Shown here piece by piece: positions 52,440-62,214 of a stretch of DNA of 64,000 nucleotides (its first letter is position 1; each line of letters starts with the position of its first letter). Source of the stretch: an uncultured delta proteobacterium (lineage in GTDB: Bacteria; Desulfobacterota; Binatia; UBA9968); contig CAVXEP010000033.1 of NCBI GenBank assembly GCA_963760795.1, forward strand, positions 32,001-96,000, written 5' to 3'. The notes under the pieces are model-generated. The model made no database searches. It was given only the letters and a program-made list of their open reading frames with translations, and had not been told where the DNA came from. The translations under genes were made by a program, and so were the position numbers.

Positions 52440-53622
52440 TTATTTTTGCCGACTCTCCCAGAGTTTGAAAATCCACTTCTGCACTTCTTCGGTTTTTCGC
52501 CGCTGGTCGGGTCGGCGTCGGGGAAGGCGTATTCTTTACCGTAAGCCGCGGCGCTGCTGCGGCGACGACTTCACCGAACGGGACATCGTTGCGCAACGAC
52601 GAGCGATCGAGATTGGGAATCAAGCGTGTGCGTTAGCGTCTGGCCTTCCTTGGTCAGAAACCAATTGATGAATAGTTTGGCGGCGTTGGCATGGGGTGCG
52701 CTGGCGAAAGCCGAGATGCAGCAGCCCGAACCAGACGCCCGCAGGACGCCGGCTTTCTTGACCAGAGAAGCGCGCTTTGATCGGCAAGCCCTTTGCGCGC
52801 GAGGGCGACATACTCTTCGGTGCCGGTGGCGACAAATTGCAGCGGAAAGCGGCCGTTGACGAGCCAGGTCTCGAGGATGCGCCGGTCGTCGCTGAAGGTG
52901 ACGCCGGTGTTGACCATGTAGCTGCTTGACCCATTCGGGGCCGCGGTCCGGCTCGAAATAGCTGTCGATCATTTGGCGAATGCCGGACGGGTCGCCCATG
53001 CCTTGGCCGGCGATTTTGCCTTTCCATCGGGATCGAAGACGTCGGTCTGTTTGACGAGCGTGGCGATTTCGGCTTCTTTGATTTTCTCGGTGTTGTACCA
53101 GATCTCATATTGGTCTTCCAAACCGGCGTGGTAGATCAAGGCGAACTTGCTGAACTTATCGGCGTACATATGCTTGCCCTCTGTACCACTTCGACATGTC
53201 GATGACTTCGGGATGAAATAGCAGTGGCGGCAGTCGGCATCAACGAGTCGGACGGCACCAAGCGCTGCTGATTTTCGCGCGAGCTGATCAACGCCACGTC
53301 GACGGTATACTTGCCGCCCTTTGCGCTCGGCCAAGACGCGATTGACGGTGTCGGTGGCGTTGCCGGTGGAGACCTCGACCTTGATGTTGAATTTCTTGCT
53401 GAAGGCGTCGACCACCGGACGATATTGGCGCGACGGCGCGCCGCCGGAAGCGATGGACAGCGTGCCTTCCTGCTGTGCCGCGGTGATGAGTTTGGACCAT
53501 TCTTGCTCGAAATTGGCCGTCGCGGCGGCGCCGAAAGCGCTGCTTGCGCTGAGGAAAAAGAACAGGACGGATCCGAACCATCGCGGCAAATACTCGTTTG
53601 CCGGTTTGCGAAGAGTGTTCAT
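52440..53622 (-). CDS. Fe3+-type ABC substrate-binding protein, many frameshifts
   Basis: Signal peptide from 53622, AAQQEGTL, WYNTE, APHANAAKLFINWFLTKEGQ; TAA at 52440. Confidence 0.8.
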
Positions 53623-53638
53623 TAGTTCTCCAAATTTC

Positions 53639-54834
53639 TCAATCGTTTTTAAGCGACCAATCCGACGACCACGCGCTGTGGCCGTCGGGGCGCAGCTTGA
53701 GCCAGACTTTACTGCCTTCGTCGATGGGTTGATGACGTTCGCCGTAGAGGAGCACTGTCGCTCTTGGCCTTCGACTTCGACCTGGTATTCGATGCGCTCG
53801 CCGATGAACAACGCTGCCTGGGCGGTGCCGCCGATCATTCCAGACGGCGGCGTTGTGCCGTTCGCCGGTAATATTTCAACGTCTTCCGGGCGCACACCGA
53901 TATAAACCGCGGCGCCGGTTTTGATGCCATCGGGATGATAGGTTCGGCCGAAGACCACGCAGTCCGGCGCGCCTTCGAGAGCGATGGCCAATTGTCCCGA
54001 CGGATTGCCGCTCTGCACCTTGCCTTTGAAGAGCAAGGTTCGGCCGACGAAGTCGCGGACGAATTCATTGGCCGGCTTTTCATAGAGCAAATGGGGATCG
54101 CCTTGCTTGCTGGACCACGCCGAAATTCATCAGCGCGATGCGATTGGATAAACTGAGCGCTTCGATCTGATCATGGGTGACGAACAGCATGGCGATGTTC
54201 AATCTTTTTTGCAGCAGCTTGACGCCGATGCGCATCTGTTCGCGCAATTTCGCGTCGAGGTTGCTGAACGGCTCGTCGAGCAGCAGCACGCGCGGTTCGG
54301 TGACCAGTGCGCGGGCGAAGGCGACACGCTGTTGCTGGCCGCCGCTCAGGAGCGGCCCCGGCCGATCTTCAAAGCCGGCCAAGCCGACCAGATCGAGGGC
54401 TTTCAACACGCGGTCCTTTGATTTCGCTCTTGGGAAAGTGGCGCGCGTGGAGCGGAAACGCGACGTTTTCGGCCACCGTCATGTGCGGCCAGATGGCGTA
54501 GGACTGAAACACCATGCCGACATTGCGCTTGTCCGGCGGCATGAACAGCCGTTTGGCGGTCATGACCACGGCCTGATCGCCGAAAAGAATATCGCCCGCG
54601 TCGGGATGTTCCAGGCCGGCGACCATTCTCAACGTGGTGGTCTTGCCGCAGCCGCTGGGGCCGAGCAGTGTGAGGATCTCGCCGTCGTGAATGTCGATGG
54701 AGAGGTTTTGCACCGCCGGTTTGCTGCTGCCGGTGTAGGTCTTCCACAGGCCGCGCAGGCTGACGGCGATCGTTGGCAGTATTCTCGGCTGCTGCCGTTG
54801 TCATGGCGGCTAATGTTGGCGCGGCGCTCGTCAT
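53639..54834 (-). CDS. ABC transporter ATP-binding protein (Fe/polyamine type, TOBE), several frameshifts
   Basis: [38 protein letters not shown] spread across frames. Confidence 0.88.
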
Positions 54835-54888
54835 GGTGCTGATTCTTCTACACGAAAGTCTGAGCGGACTCTAGAGGGAATGTTGGCA

Positions 54889-55021
54889 GGCGGGCTTAAA
54901 ACCCGCCCTTGTACGAAGATGGACGCAAAACATTTCGCTGTTCGTACCGGAATTTTCGTGTAGGGGCAGGCCCCCGTGCCTGCCCTTGATGAAAAGGGCA
55001 ACCACAGGGGGTTGCCCCTAC
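54889..55021. repeat. REP cluster: GGCGGG..CCCGCC hairpin plus inverted GTAG-REP doublet
   Basis: GGCGGGCTTAAAACCCGCC 54889-54907; GTAGGGGCAGGC..GCCTGCCC 54960-54985; GGGCAACC..GGTTGCCCCTAC 54996-55021. Confidence 0.8.
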
Positions 55022-55064
55022 AATGATCAATGCCGAATTCGTGGTGGATTAATGATGCACACGG

Positions 55065-56088
55065 TTAGAATCCCTTGGCGTCTTCTTTCATATAGAAGCC
55101 AAGCTTTTTCATCGCCGGCCAGTCGTCGATGGAGAAAAGGATCGTGTCGTCGCCGTTGGTATTCTCGTGATGGTGCCAGGTCCACGCCGGCACGGCGAAG
55201 ATGTCGCCTTTGTGGTATTCCAACCGTTCGCCGTCGATGACCACCGCGCCGGCGCCTTCGAACGCGAAGTAGAAGGTGGTGCTGTTGTGGCGGTGCGGCA
55301 TGGTTTTTTGTTTTTTCGCTAGCAGCTGCGCTTGCCAGGCGATGGTCGGCAGCGTCGGGCCGCCGTCCACCGGACTGGCGAGCATGATCATCACGCCGTC
55401 GTAGGGATCGCTCTCGTTGTTTTCGCGCAGCGCCATCAGCGCCGCGTGGGTGTCGGCCCAGGGGTAGCGCATGGGCGGCAGCGGAAACGGCGCTTCGTTG
55501 CGCGATCGGCCGCGCCAAGCCAAGCGTGCGTTGGCCGTAGCCCGAGGGCTTCTTTACTTCTTCGTACGGGCTATCATTGGGAAAGCGCTCGTTGATGTTG
55601 ACGTTGGGATTATAGCCGTTGTCGTAGCCGTCGATCCAGATCGCCGGCGTCTTGTCTTTGTTCCAGTGATCGTGGTAGGTCCACGCCGGGCTGATGACGA
55701 CATCGCCGCGCTCCATCGGGTAGGCTTCGTATTCGCAGACGAATACCGCGTCCTTGGGCGCTTCGCAGACCAAACGGGTTTCGCTGCGCAGGTTGCGGTG
55801 GCACTGGGTGCGCTCGCCGGGCATGAGAATTTGCGCGTTCATCCAGATCGGGAAGTTCTTGGCTTCGATGCCGACCACCGAACGCATGCCGGTCATGCCG
55901 TTAGGCCCAACCGTGACGATCTCGCCGGACCGTTGAAGACCGCGGTAAATGCCGTCCCAGTTCCAGTGCGCCGCGGTCTTGCCCGCGCGTGGCGTTACCC
56001 GCTTGTCGCGTTTCAGTCCCGCGCCGACTAAATAGTGATCGCCTAAGAATCGTTCGAGGTCTTCGTGAGTCGTGCCGACGTCACTCAT
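55065..56088 (-). CDS. Bicupin, gentisate 1,2-dioxygenase-like, frameshift near 55505
   Basis: QILMPGE, PAWTYHDH, WIDG.D; C-half PVDGGPTLPTI, HRHNS, GDIFAVPAWTWHHH. Confidence 0.85.
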
Positions 56089-56118
56089 TTTATCTCCTCG
56101 CTGGGCTTTTAAAGCCAA

Positions 56119-56190
56119 TTGGAACGATTGGAACCCTTGGAACGTTTGGAACGGGTTCCAGTAGTTCCATCGGTTTCAATCGTTCCAGGC
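56119..56190. repeat. 9-nt periodic palindromic element (TGGAAC x4, GTTCCA x4)
   Basis: TTGGAAC GATTGGAAC CCTTGGAAC GTTTGGAAC GG GTTCCAGTA GTTCCATCG GTTTCAATC GTTCCAGGC. Confidence 0.85.
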
Positions 56191-56198
56191 GGTATCGC

Positions 56199-57353
56199 TC
56201 AATCGTTTAAGTGAAAATACCGTACACAATTATCAACCAGCATGGCGCGCAGCTCGTTTTCCGGCACGCCGGCGAAGTCTTCTGCCAGGTATTTTTGCGA
56301 GTTGGGATAGTCGCTGGCGGCGTGGGCGAAGTCGGTGCCCCACATGAGCTTGTCGTAACCGATGCTGTCGCGCCGTTTAATGCCCACCGGATCGCGCAGA
56401 AAGCCCCAGTAGTTGCGATCCTTGATGTATTCGCTCGGCATGCGCTCCAACTTCGGCAGTCCCCAGGCGTCGTGGATCATGCCCATGTAGCGTTTGTAAT
56501 GGTCGTCGACCTGCCACAGGCCGTACTCTAACCAGCCGACCATGGTTTCCGCCCAGTAAAGTTCCAATTTGGGAAAACGATCCCAGACACCGGCGAAGGC
56601 CATCTGCAGTGGCGCGGTCATGGCGTCGTTGGTGAAGCGGGTAAAAAATTTGAACGCATCTTTCTGGTGCACGTCGTGGCCGGGATCCTTGGCATAGAGA
56701 TAATCGGGCTCGCCTTTGCCGGAACCCATGTTGCCGGTGTTGTGATTGGTCAGCGCCATGCGCAGGTCGAGGGCGGCGGCCCAGAATTTGTCGTCGTCGG
56801 CGGTGGGATAACTCTTACCGCTCGGATAGCGATCGAGTTTGACGCCTCTCATGCCCAATTTGGCGCAATGTTCCATTTCTTTAATCGCGTCGTCGACGCC
56901 GGTGGTGGGAAGGGTGCCCATGCAAACCAAGCGGTCGGGTGCCGGCGCGCTGTATTCTTCGCCGAGAAATTCGTTATAGGCGCGAATGCAGTCGCGGTAG
57001 AAATCGTCGTCCTTGGTCTGACGCAGGACGAAGGTGATCTGTGAGAAGAGAATTTCGCAATCGATGCCGTCCTGATCTTGTTCGGCCAACCGTTGCTGTG
57101 GCGAGCCGGTGCCGGCGCAGGTCTCGAAGGTCGGCACTTGCTTGGCGAGATCGGCATGGGCGACGCGCACGCTGCGCGTGATGCCGATGGTGTTCGGTTT
57201 GCCGCCGTCGATGACCACGGCATCCGAACCGTTGGCCATTTTTACTCGCTTCGGCGCGCGCTCGCGATACTTCGCTTGAACGCGGTCGCGCCAGATGTCG
57301 GGATTCAAATCGATATGGCCGTCGCCGGAAATGCATTTGTACTGCCTTGCCAT
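56199..57353 (-). CDS. Amidohydrolase_2 family protein
   Basis: ISGDGHID, RAYNEFL, LTNH, WGTDFAH. Confidence 0.9.
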   Translation of the reverse strand: MARQYKCISGDGHIDLNPDIWRDRVQAKYRERAPKRVKMANGSDAVVIDGGKPNTIGITRSVRVAHADLAKQVPTFETCAGTGSPQQRLAEQDQDGIDCEILFSQITFVLRQTKDDDFYRDCIRAYNEFLGEEYSAPAPDRLVCMGTLPTTGVDDAIKEMEHCAKLGMRGVKLDRYPSGKSYPTADDDKFWAAALDLRMALTNHNTGNMGSGKGEPDYLYAKDPGHDVHQKDAFKFFTRFTNDAMTAPLQMAFAGVWDRFPKLELYWAETMVGWLEYGLWQVDDHYKRYMGMIHDAWGLPKLERMPSEYIKDRNYWGFLRDPVGIKRRDSIGYDKLMWGTDFAHAASDYPNSQKYLAEDFAGVPENELRAMLVDNCVRYFHLND

Positions 57354-57454
57354 GGAAGACGATCCTTTCGTACTGCCGGATATGCTTTATAAACTAGATT
57401 GACGTTTCACTGTCAACCCGCCGGCGTTTCGGAGATGGCAATTGCTGCTGTGGC

Positions 57455-58168
57455 TTATTTCTGGCTGCTTGTCGATTTTGGCCAACGCGCGCGGCTTTGT
57501 TTGAGACCGAGGCCGGCCAACAATGCCGCCATCCGGATCGGCGCGCCAAAGCCTTCGACCACTGGCACACCGAGTTGCTCTTGCAACCATTTTGGCTCGA
57601 TATGAACCGGGCACTGGCTGATGCCCATGGGGATGATCACTTCGGCGCCGAGACCGATCAACCGCTTTGCTTCGTCGACAAAATTTTGCACCACCTGGTC
57701 GCGGTGGGCAGCCAGGTCCGGTAAGTCGAACCCGCTGGTGCCAAAACCGACAATGCGCTCTTCCATGCCGTAACGGCGTACGATGGCGCGGTTAAAGGCG
57801 AGCAGTTTTTCGTGATAGATAATTAGGCCGAAACGGTCGCCAAGCAGTGCGGCGACGTGAAGGCACGCCTCCATCGGACCGATAACCGGAATATCTACGG
57901 CTGATCTACCGCCATCGACCGCTAAATCGAGCATGCCCAGCGGCACCACGGCGTCATAGCCTTCCTTCTCGGCGCGCCGGTAGGCGTCGATGAACGCGGG
58001 CGCCACGAGGGCAATTTCCGTCGGTGTTATGCCGTAGAAGTATGGCGAAGCATCGACTTTGATAATCCCGACCTGAACTTCCATGTTGGCATAAGACAAA
58101 GCGAGATCGGCGCGCCGCGTGAATTCTTCCGGCGGATAACCGCCAATACAAAACGCCACTCGAATCAC
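57455..58168 (-). CDS. Asp/Glu/hydantoin racemase-family protein
   Basis: EGYDAVV, DIPVIGP, GVPVVEG, GLKQSR; canonical Cys motifs altered. Confidence 0.85.
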   Translation of the reverse strand: MIRVAFCIGGYPPEEFTRRADLALSYANMEVQVGIIKVDASPYFYGITPTEIALVAPAFIDAYRRAEKEGYDAVVPLGMLDLAVDGGRSAVDIPVIGPMEACLHVAALLGDRFGLIIYHEKLLAFNRAIVRRYGMEERIVGFGTSGFDLPDLAAHRDQVVQNFVDEAKRLIGLGAEVIIPMGISQCPVHIEPKWLQEQLGVPVVEGFGAPIRMAALLAGLGLKQSRARWPKSTSSQK

Positions 58169-58190
58169 TAGTCGCCTCCAAAATAGTTTT

Positions 58191-59342
58191 TTACTTAGGC
58201 TGCCAAAACGCTGTGGTCTCTTGCAGTTTATTCATATCGATATCGACGCCGAGCCCAGGGCGATCGGAGACGCGCAGGGTTCCTCCCTCGACGGTTAACC
58301 CCGACGCCGGATCATCGTTCAAGCTTTCGAACTCACCGATCTCAGCGCCGGCAAACAAGTCCGGAATCGAGGCGCAGAAGTGTAGCTGCATCGCTTCCAT
58401 CAGCTGGCTGCCGGCGGTGCTGCCGACGTGGACGCTGACGTTGGCGGCGCTACACACCGCGGCGATCTCGCGCGATTTGTAATAGCCGCCCATTTTCCAG
58501 ATCTTGATGCTGACCGCATCCATGGCGTCGGCATCGATCAAGCGCAGCGCATCGGCGGCGGTGGTCACGCCTTCGTCGGCCATGATCGGAATATTCACGT
58601 TCTTTCGCACAAACGCCATGCCGCGCACGTCGTCTTGTCTGACGGGTTGCTCGACCACGACGAGATTGCAGTCGCTAAGCTGGTTTAAGACTTTAACCGC
58701 ATGCATCGGCGTGTAGGCCTGATTGGCGTCGACAGAGATGAACACGTCTTCGCCGAGCGTGTCGCGGGTTCGCTTAACCGTTTCGATATCGCGCTTGTCA
58801 TCGAGGCCGATTTTGATTTTCACATAGCGATAGCCGCGCTCAACCAGAGCGAGCGCCTCATCGGCGGTTTCCTTGGGCGGCTTGAGACCGAGCATGCGCA
58901 TCACCGGCACCTCGCGCCGGCTGAGGCCGCCAAATAAATTGAACAGCGGCGTCTTCATGCGCTTGGCTTGGAGATCGAGCAAGGCTTCTTCGACGGCGAA
59001 CTTAAGCTGAACATTGCCGCCGATGGCGAGATCGATATCGCGCATGATTGGCTGTACGCCGTCGATTTGGCCTTGGCTGAGCAAGGGTGCGATGGCGTTG
59101 TGGAGCAACGCCTCGGCCGTCGCCGTCGACTCCCCTACGATCAGCATCGCCGGCATATAGCCGTAGCCGCTAACGCCGTTGTCGTCCGTGATACCAACGA
59201 CGGTGGCATCAATGTCGCCTTTGGTGTAGCGCGCGGTCTTCCAAACCGCGGCCCGGCGCAAAGTCGCGCGCCAGCTTTGCACCTTGGCTATTATTAACGG
59301 CTGGGATTGCTCCGCGCTATTATTGCTGGTTGCTGCGGCCAT
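58191..59342 (-). CDS. Enolase superfamily, muconate-lactonizing-enzyme subgroup
   Basis: VKIKIG, VDANQ, VEQP, ADEG, SIKIWKMGG, GAEIGEF, PGLGV. Confidence 0.9.
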   Translation of the reverse strand: MAAATSNNSAEQSQPLIIAKVQSWRATLRRAAVWKTARYTKGDIDATVVGITDDNGVSGYGYMPAMLIVGESTATAEALLHNAIAPLLSQGQIDGVQPIMRDIDLAIGGNVQLKFAVEEALLDLQAKRMKTPLFNLFGGLSRREVPVMRMLGLKPPKETADEALALVERGYRYVKIKIGLDDKRDIETVKRTRDTLGEDVFISVDANQAYTPMHAVKVLNQLSDCNLVVVEQPVRQDDVRGMAFVRKNVNIPIMADEGVTTAADALRLIDADAMDAVSIKIWKMGGYYKSREIAAVCSAANVSVHVGSTAGSQLMEAMQLHFCASIPDLFAGAEIGEFESLNDDPASGLTVEGGTLRVSDRPGLGVDIDMNKLQETTAFWQPK

Positions 59343-59371
59343 GAGTGTCTCTCCTTATTGCAAAGCGGTAT

Positions 59372-59585
59372 CTAGCGTTTGAACACGGTCTTGAAAAGTC
59401 CTTCTTTGTCGAGGTTGCGATGCCAGCTTTTTTTGCCAGCGGCTCGCGCTTGCCGATTTCGTCCATGGGCCTGGAAACTCTAACTTATTGGCTTTGTTCA
59501 GGACTTCGGTTTTGTTGGATTTGATATAACGAGAAAACGTCTTGATGGCTTCCTCGCGGTTGCGCTTGAAACTTACGATGCTTGG
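59372..59585 (-). pseudogene. Internally deleted relic of an NMT1-type SBP
   Basis: Blocks FKRNREEAIKTFSRYIK, MDEIGKREPLAKKA and RNLDKEGLFKTVFKR* are in SBP order with intervening sequence missing. Confidence 0.7.
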
Positions 59586-59620
59586 ACAAAAACCCCCAGT
59601 CGATCTTCATCGGTGCGACG

Positions 59621-60439
59621 CTACTTTTCTTTCTTAAACGCGCCGAATCCCGGTCGATAGTTGCCTTCGATAAACTGCTTGATGCCCTGCTCTTTCCACG
59701 CGCCGCCCTGCAGAAAAGAAAGCTGGTCGCTTTTCGCCGAACTGTAACTCAAAGCGGTCTCGTAGTCGGGAATAAGCAGGCTGTCGCGGTACGCGTCTTT
59801 GCAAGCGCGGAGCGCGAGTGGGTCTTTTTCAGCGAGCTTTTTGGCGAGCTTGTTTGCCTCCTCCATCAACGACAATCGCGGCACCGAAAAGGTCACAAAG
59901 CCAATTTCCGCGGCCCGTTTGCCGTTGAATGTGTCGCCGGTCAGCATGTAATAGACCGCATCGCGGACGCGCATGATCTGCGATATTTGCTTGCTGACCG
60001 GGCCACCCGGGAAATGGCCGAAGTTCACTTCGGAGAGGCCAAAGGTAGCTTCGTCCGCGGCGATCGCGATGTCGCAACCGGATACGATCGAGAAAGCGCC
60101 GCCGAAGCAGAATCCATTGATCGCTGCGATGGTGGGAACAGGAAAGGAGCGCAAGATGCGCACGCGCCACTCCAACGCCTTTTCCAACAACCGCTCGAAC
60201 TCCATACGCTCGCGCTGTTCATAAAAAAACTCTTTTAGATCCTCGCCTGCGGAAAAGCTCTCGCCGGCGCCGGTCAGGATAAGCACCCGCAAGTCCTTAT
60301 CGAATCGTAGCTCATTCAAGACTTCGACCATCTCATAATGAAGCTTTGGGTTCATCGCATTACGCTTGTTGGGCCGGTTGAAAGTGATCGTCGCGATGTT
60401 GTCCTGGCGGTCGACTAAAATGGTCTCATAATTTGCCAT
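59621..60439 (-). CDS. Crotonase family, p-hydroxycinnamoyl-CoA hydratase/lyase-like
   Basis: NRPNKRNAMNP, FSAGEDLKEFF, FGLSEVNFGHFPGG, IKQF..RPG. Confidence 0.85.
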   Translation of the reverse strand: MANYETILVDRQDNIATITFNRPNKRNAMNPKLHYEMVEVLNELRFDKDLRVLILTGAGESFSAGEDLKEFFYEQRERMEFERLLEKALEWRVRILRSFPVPTIAAINGFCFGGAFSIVSGCDIAIAADEATFGLSEVNFGHFPGGPVSKQISQIMRVRDAVYYMLTGDTFNGKRAAEIGFVTFSVPRLSLMEEANKLAKKLAEKDPLALRACKDAYRDSLLIPDYETALSYSSAKSDQLSFLQGGAWKEQGIKQFIEGNYRPGFGAFKKEK

Positions 60440-60483
60440 GTGAGCGCCCCTTCTTGGTTTTTGTGCTCGCCGATAGTCGTTGA

Positions 60484-61188
60484 TTAGTTTCTTGACTTCA
60501 CCCAGCGCACGCGGCTTTGCGACAGGCCCAAGCCGGCCAGCATCCCCGCCATGCGTATCGGTGTGCCGATGCCTTCGACTACCGGCACACCTAGCTGCTC
60601 CTGCAGCCAGCCTGGCTTGATATGAACCGGGCATTGGCTGATGCCCATCGGATAAATCGCTTCCGCGCCCTGATCGACCAGTCTTTTTGCTTCGCGCACG
60701 AAATTATCGACGACTTCATCATGGTGCGCTGCCAAATCCGGCAGATCGAAACCGCTGACGCCGAAGCCGGCGATATGCTGCTCCATGCCGTAGCGGCGAA
60801 TGATCGCGCGCGAAAACGTCACCAGGCTGGGGTGATAAACCATGATGCCGAATCGATCGGCGATCAGCGAAGCGACATGGAGACACGCTTCAGTAGGCCC
60901 GATAACGGGGATATCGACGGCGGATTTTCCGCCGTCAACGCCCAAGTCCAGTGTGCCCAACGGTACCACGGCGTCGTAGCCTTCTTTCTCGGCGCGCTTG
61001 AAGCTGTCGATGAACGCCGGCGCGACCAGCTGTATCTCGGTTGGCGTCATACCGTAAAAATAGGGGCTGGCGGCCACTTCGACGATGCCCACCTGAATTT
61101 CCGCCGTTGCATAGGAGAGCGCCACATCGGCGCGTCGTTTATGTTCTTCGGGCGGATATCCGCCAATAACGAATGCCACTCGAACCAT
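60484..61188 (-). CDS. Asp/Glu/hydantoin racemase-family protein (paralog of 57455..58168)
   Basis: Similar along its whole length to the other copy. Confidence 0.85.
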   Translation of the reverse strand: MVRVAFVIGGYPPEEHKRRADVALSYATAEIQVGIVEVAASPYFYGMTPTEIQLVAPAFIDSFKRAEKEGYDAVVPLGTLDLGVDGGKSAVDIPVIGPTEACLHVASLIADRFGIMVYHPSLVTFSRAIIRRYGMEQHIAGFGVSGFDLPDLAAHHDEVVDNFVREAKRLVDQGAEAIYPMGISQCPVHIKPGWLQEQLGVPVVEGIGTPIRMAGMLAGLGLSQSRVRWVKSRN

Positions 61189-61234
61189 GGAAACTCCTTT
61201 AGCAGCTGGGTGTCTAACGATCGCGATGGAAGTG

Positions 61235-62200
61235 TTAAATTCCTAAAAGGTTGCGTGCGTTGGTGCAATAGATTCTGGACAAATCGCTTTCACTCAAACC
61301 GGAGTCCTGAACGACCCCGACCGCATGTTCCACGTACTGTTTGCCTTCTTGGCCGAGCCCAAAAGGATAGTCGGTGCCAAAAACAATCTGCGTAGTGCCG
61401 AACATCTTGGCAACGCAGGCGAGGATCGCTTCATGGGTCGGCCCTGAGGTATCGTAATAAAGTTTGCCAAAGTAGTGACTCGGTTTATGTTGGCTTTTCC
61501 CCTCGCGAAATGCGCGCTCGATGCGCGGCGCGAGAAACGGCAGCGTGCCGCCGACGTGAGCGGCGATGATCTTGATATTCGGGTAGCGGTCAAAGAAACC
61601 TCCGAGGGCGAGGCGCGAAAGCGCAAAGGTCGTATCTACAGGAAGCCCAATCAAGTGTTCGAGGCGGTAACCATACCATTCCTTGGGAAAGGTTCGCTGG
61701 AGCGGATGAAGAAACATTACCAAGCCGGAGGCGTTGACGTGATCAAAGAATGGAGCAAACTCCGCATCATCCAAAGTTCGTTCGTGGATGTTTGTGCTTA
61801 AGGAGATACCGGAGAATCCGGGCAGGGTTTTCGCGCGATCGAGTTCCGCGCATGAGCCCTCGACATCGGGAAGGGGGGCCGCGGCAAAAAAGCGAAACCG
61901 CTCTGAGCCGCGCGCGCAAATCTCGCCGTATTCATCGTTAACGCAGCGGCAAAGCTCGACGCCGTCCGCGCGATTTTCCGGGTCGTAATATTCGTAGACA
62001 TGGGGCAGCGACAGCACTTGCATGCTGACCTGCCAACGGTCCATTTCAGCCAGGAAGCGGCTTTCATCCCATTGCCAATTGGTTCTGATGTCGAGCGACC
62101 GTGACGGCTTGCTCCTGAGCGTTTTCATGAACTCAGGTGGAAAGGCATGAGCGTGGACATCGATCCGCGTTTTGCTGTGATCGTATGAGCTGTCGGCCAC
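61235..62200 (-). CDS. Amidohydrolase_2 family, ACMSD/aromatic decarboxylase-like
   Basis: IDVHAH, FLHP, AHVGG, YYDT, FGTDYPF. Confidence 0.9.
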   Translation of the reverse strand: MADSSYDHSKTRIDVHAHAFPPEFMKTLRSKPSRSLDIRTNWQWDESRFLAEMDRWQVSMQVLSLPHVYEYYDPENRADGVELCRCVNDEYGEICARGSERFRFFAAAPLPDVEGSCAELDRAKTLPGFSGISLSTNIHERTLDDAEFAPFFDHVNASGLVMFLHPLQRTFPKEWYGYRLEHLIGLPVDTTFALSRLALGGFFDRYPNIKIIAAHVGGTLPFLAPRIERAFREGKSQHKPSHYFGKLYYDTSGPTHEAILACVAKMFGTTQIVFGTDYPFGLGQEGKQYVEHAVGVVQDSGLSESDLSRIYCTNARNLLGI

Positions 62201-62214
62201 TGGCTTTAACCTCT

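Noticed and set aside
52335-56190. Nonamer arrays as mini-CRISPR
   Set aside because: 6-nt cores with 3-nt spacers in inverted arms are far from CRISPR dimensions.
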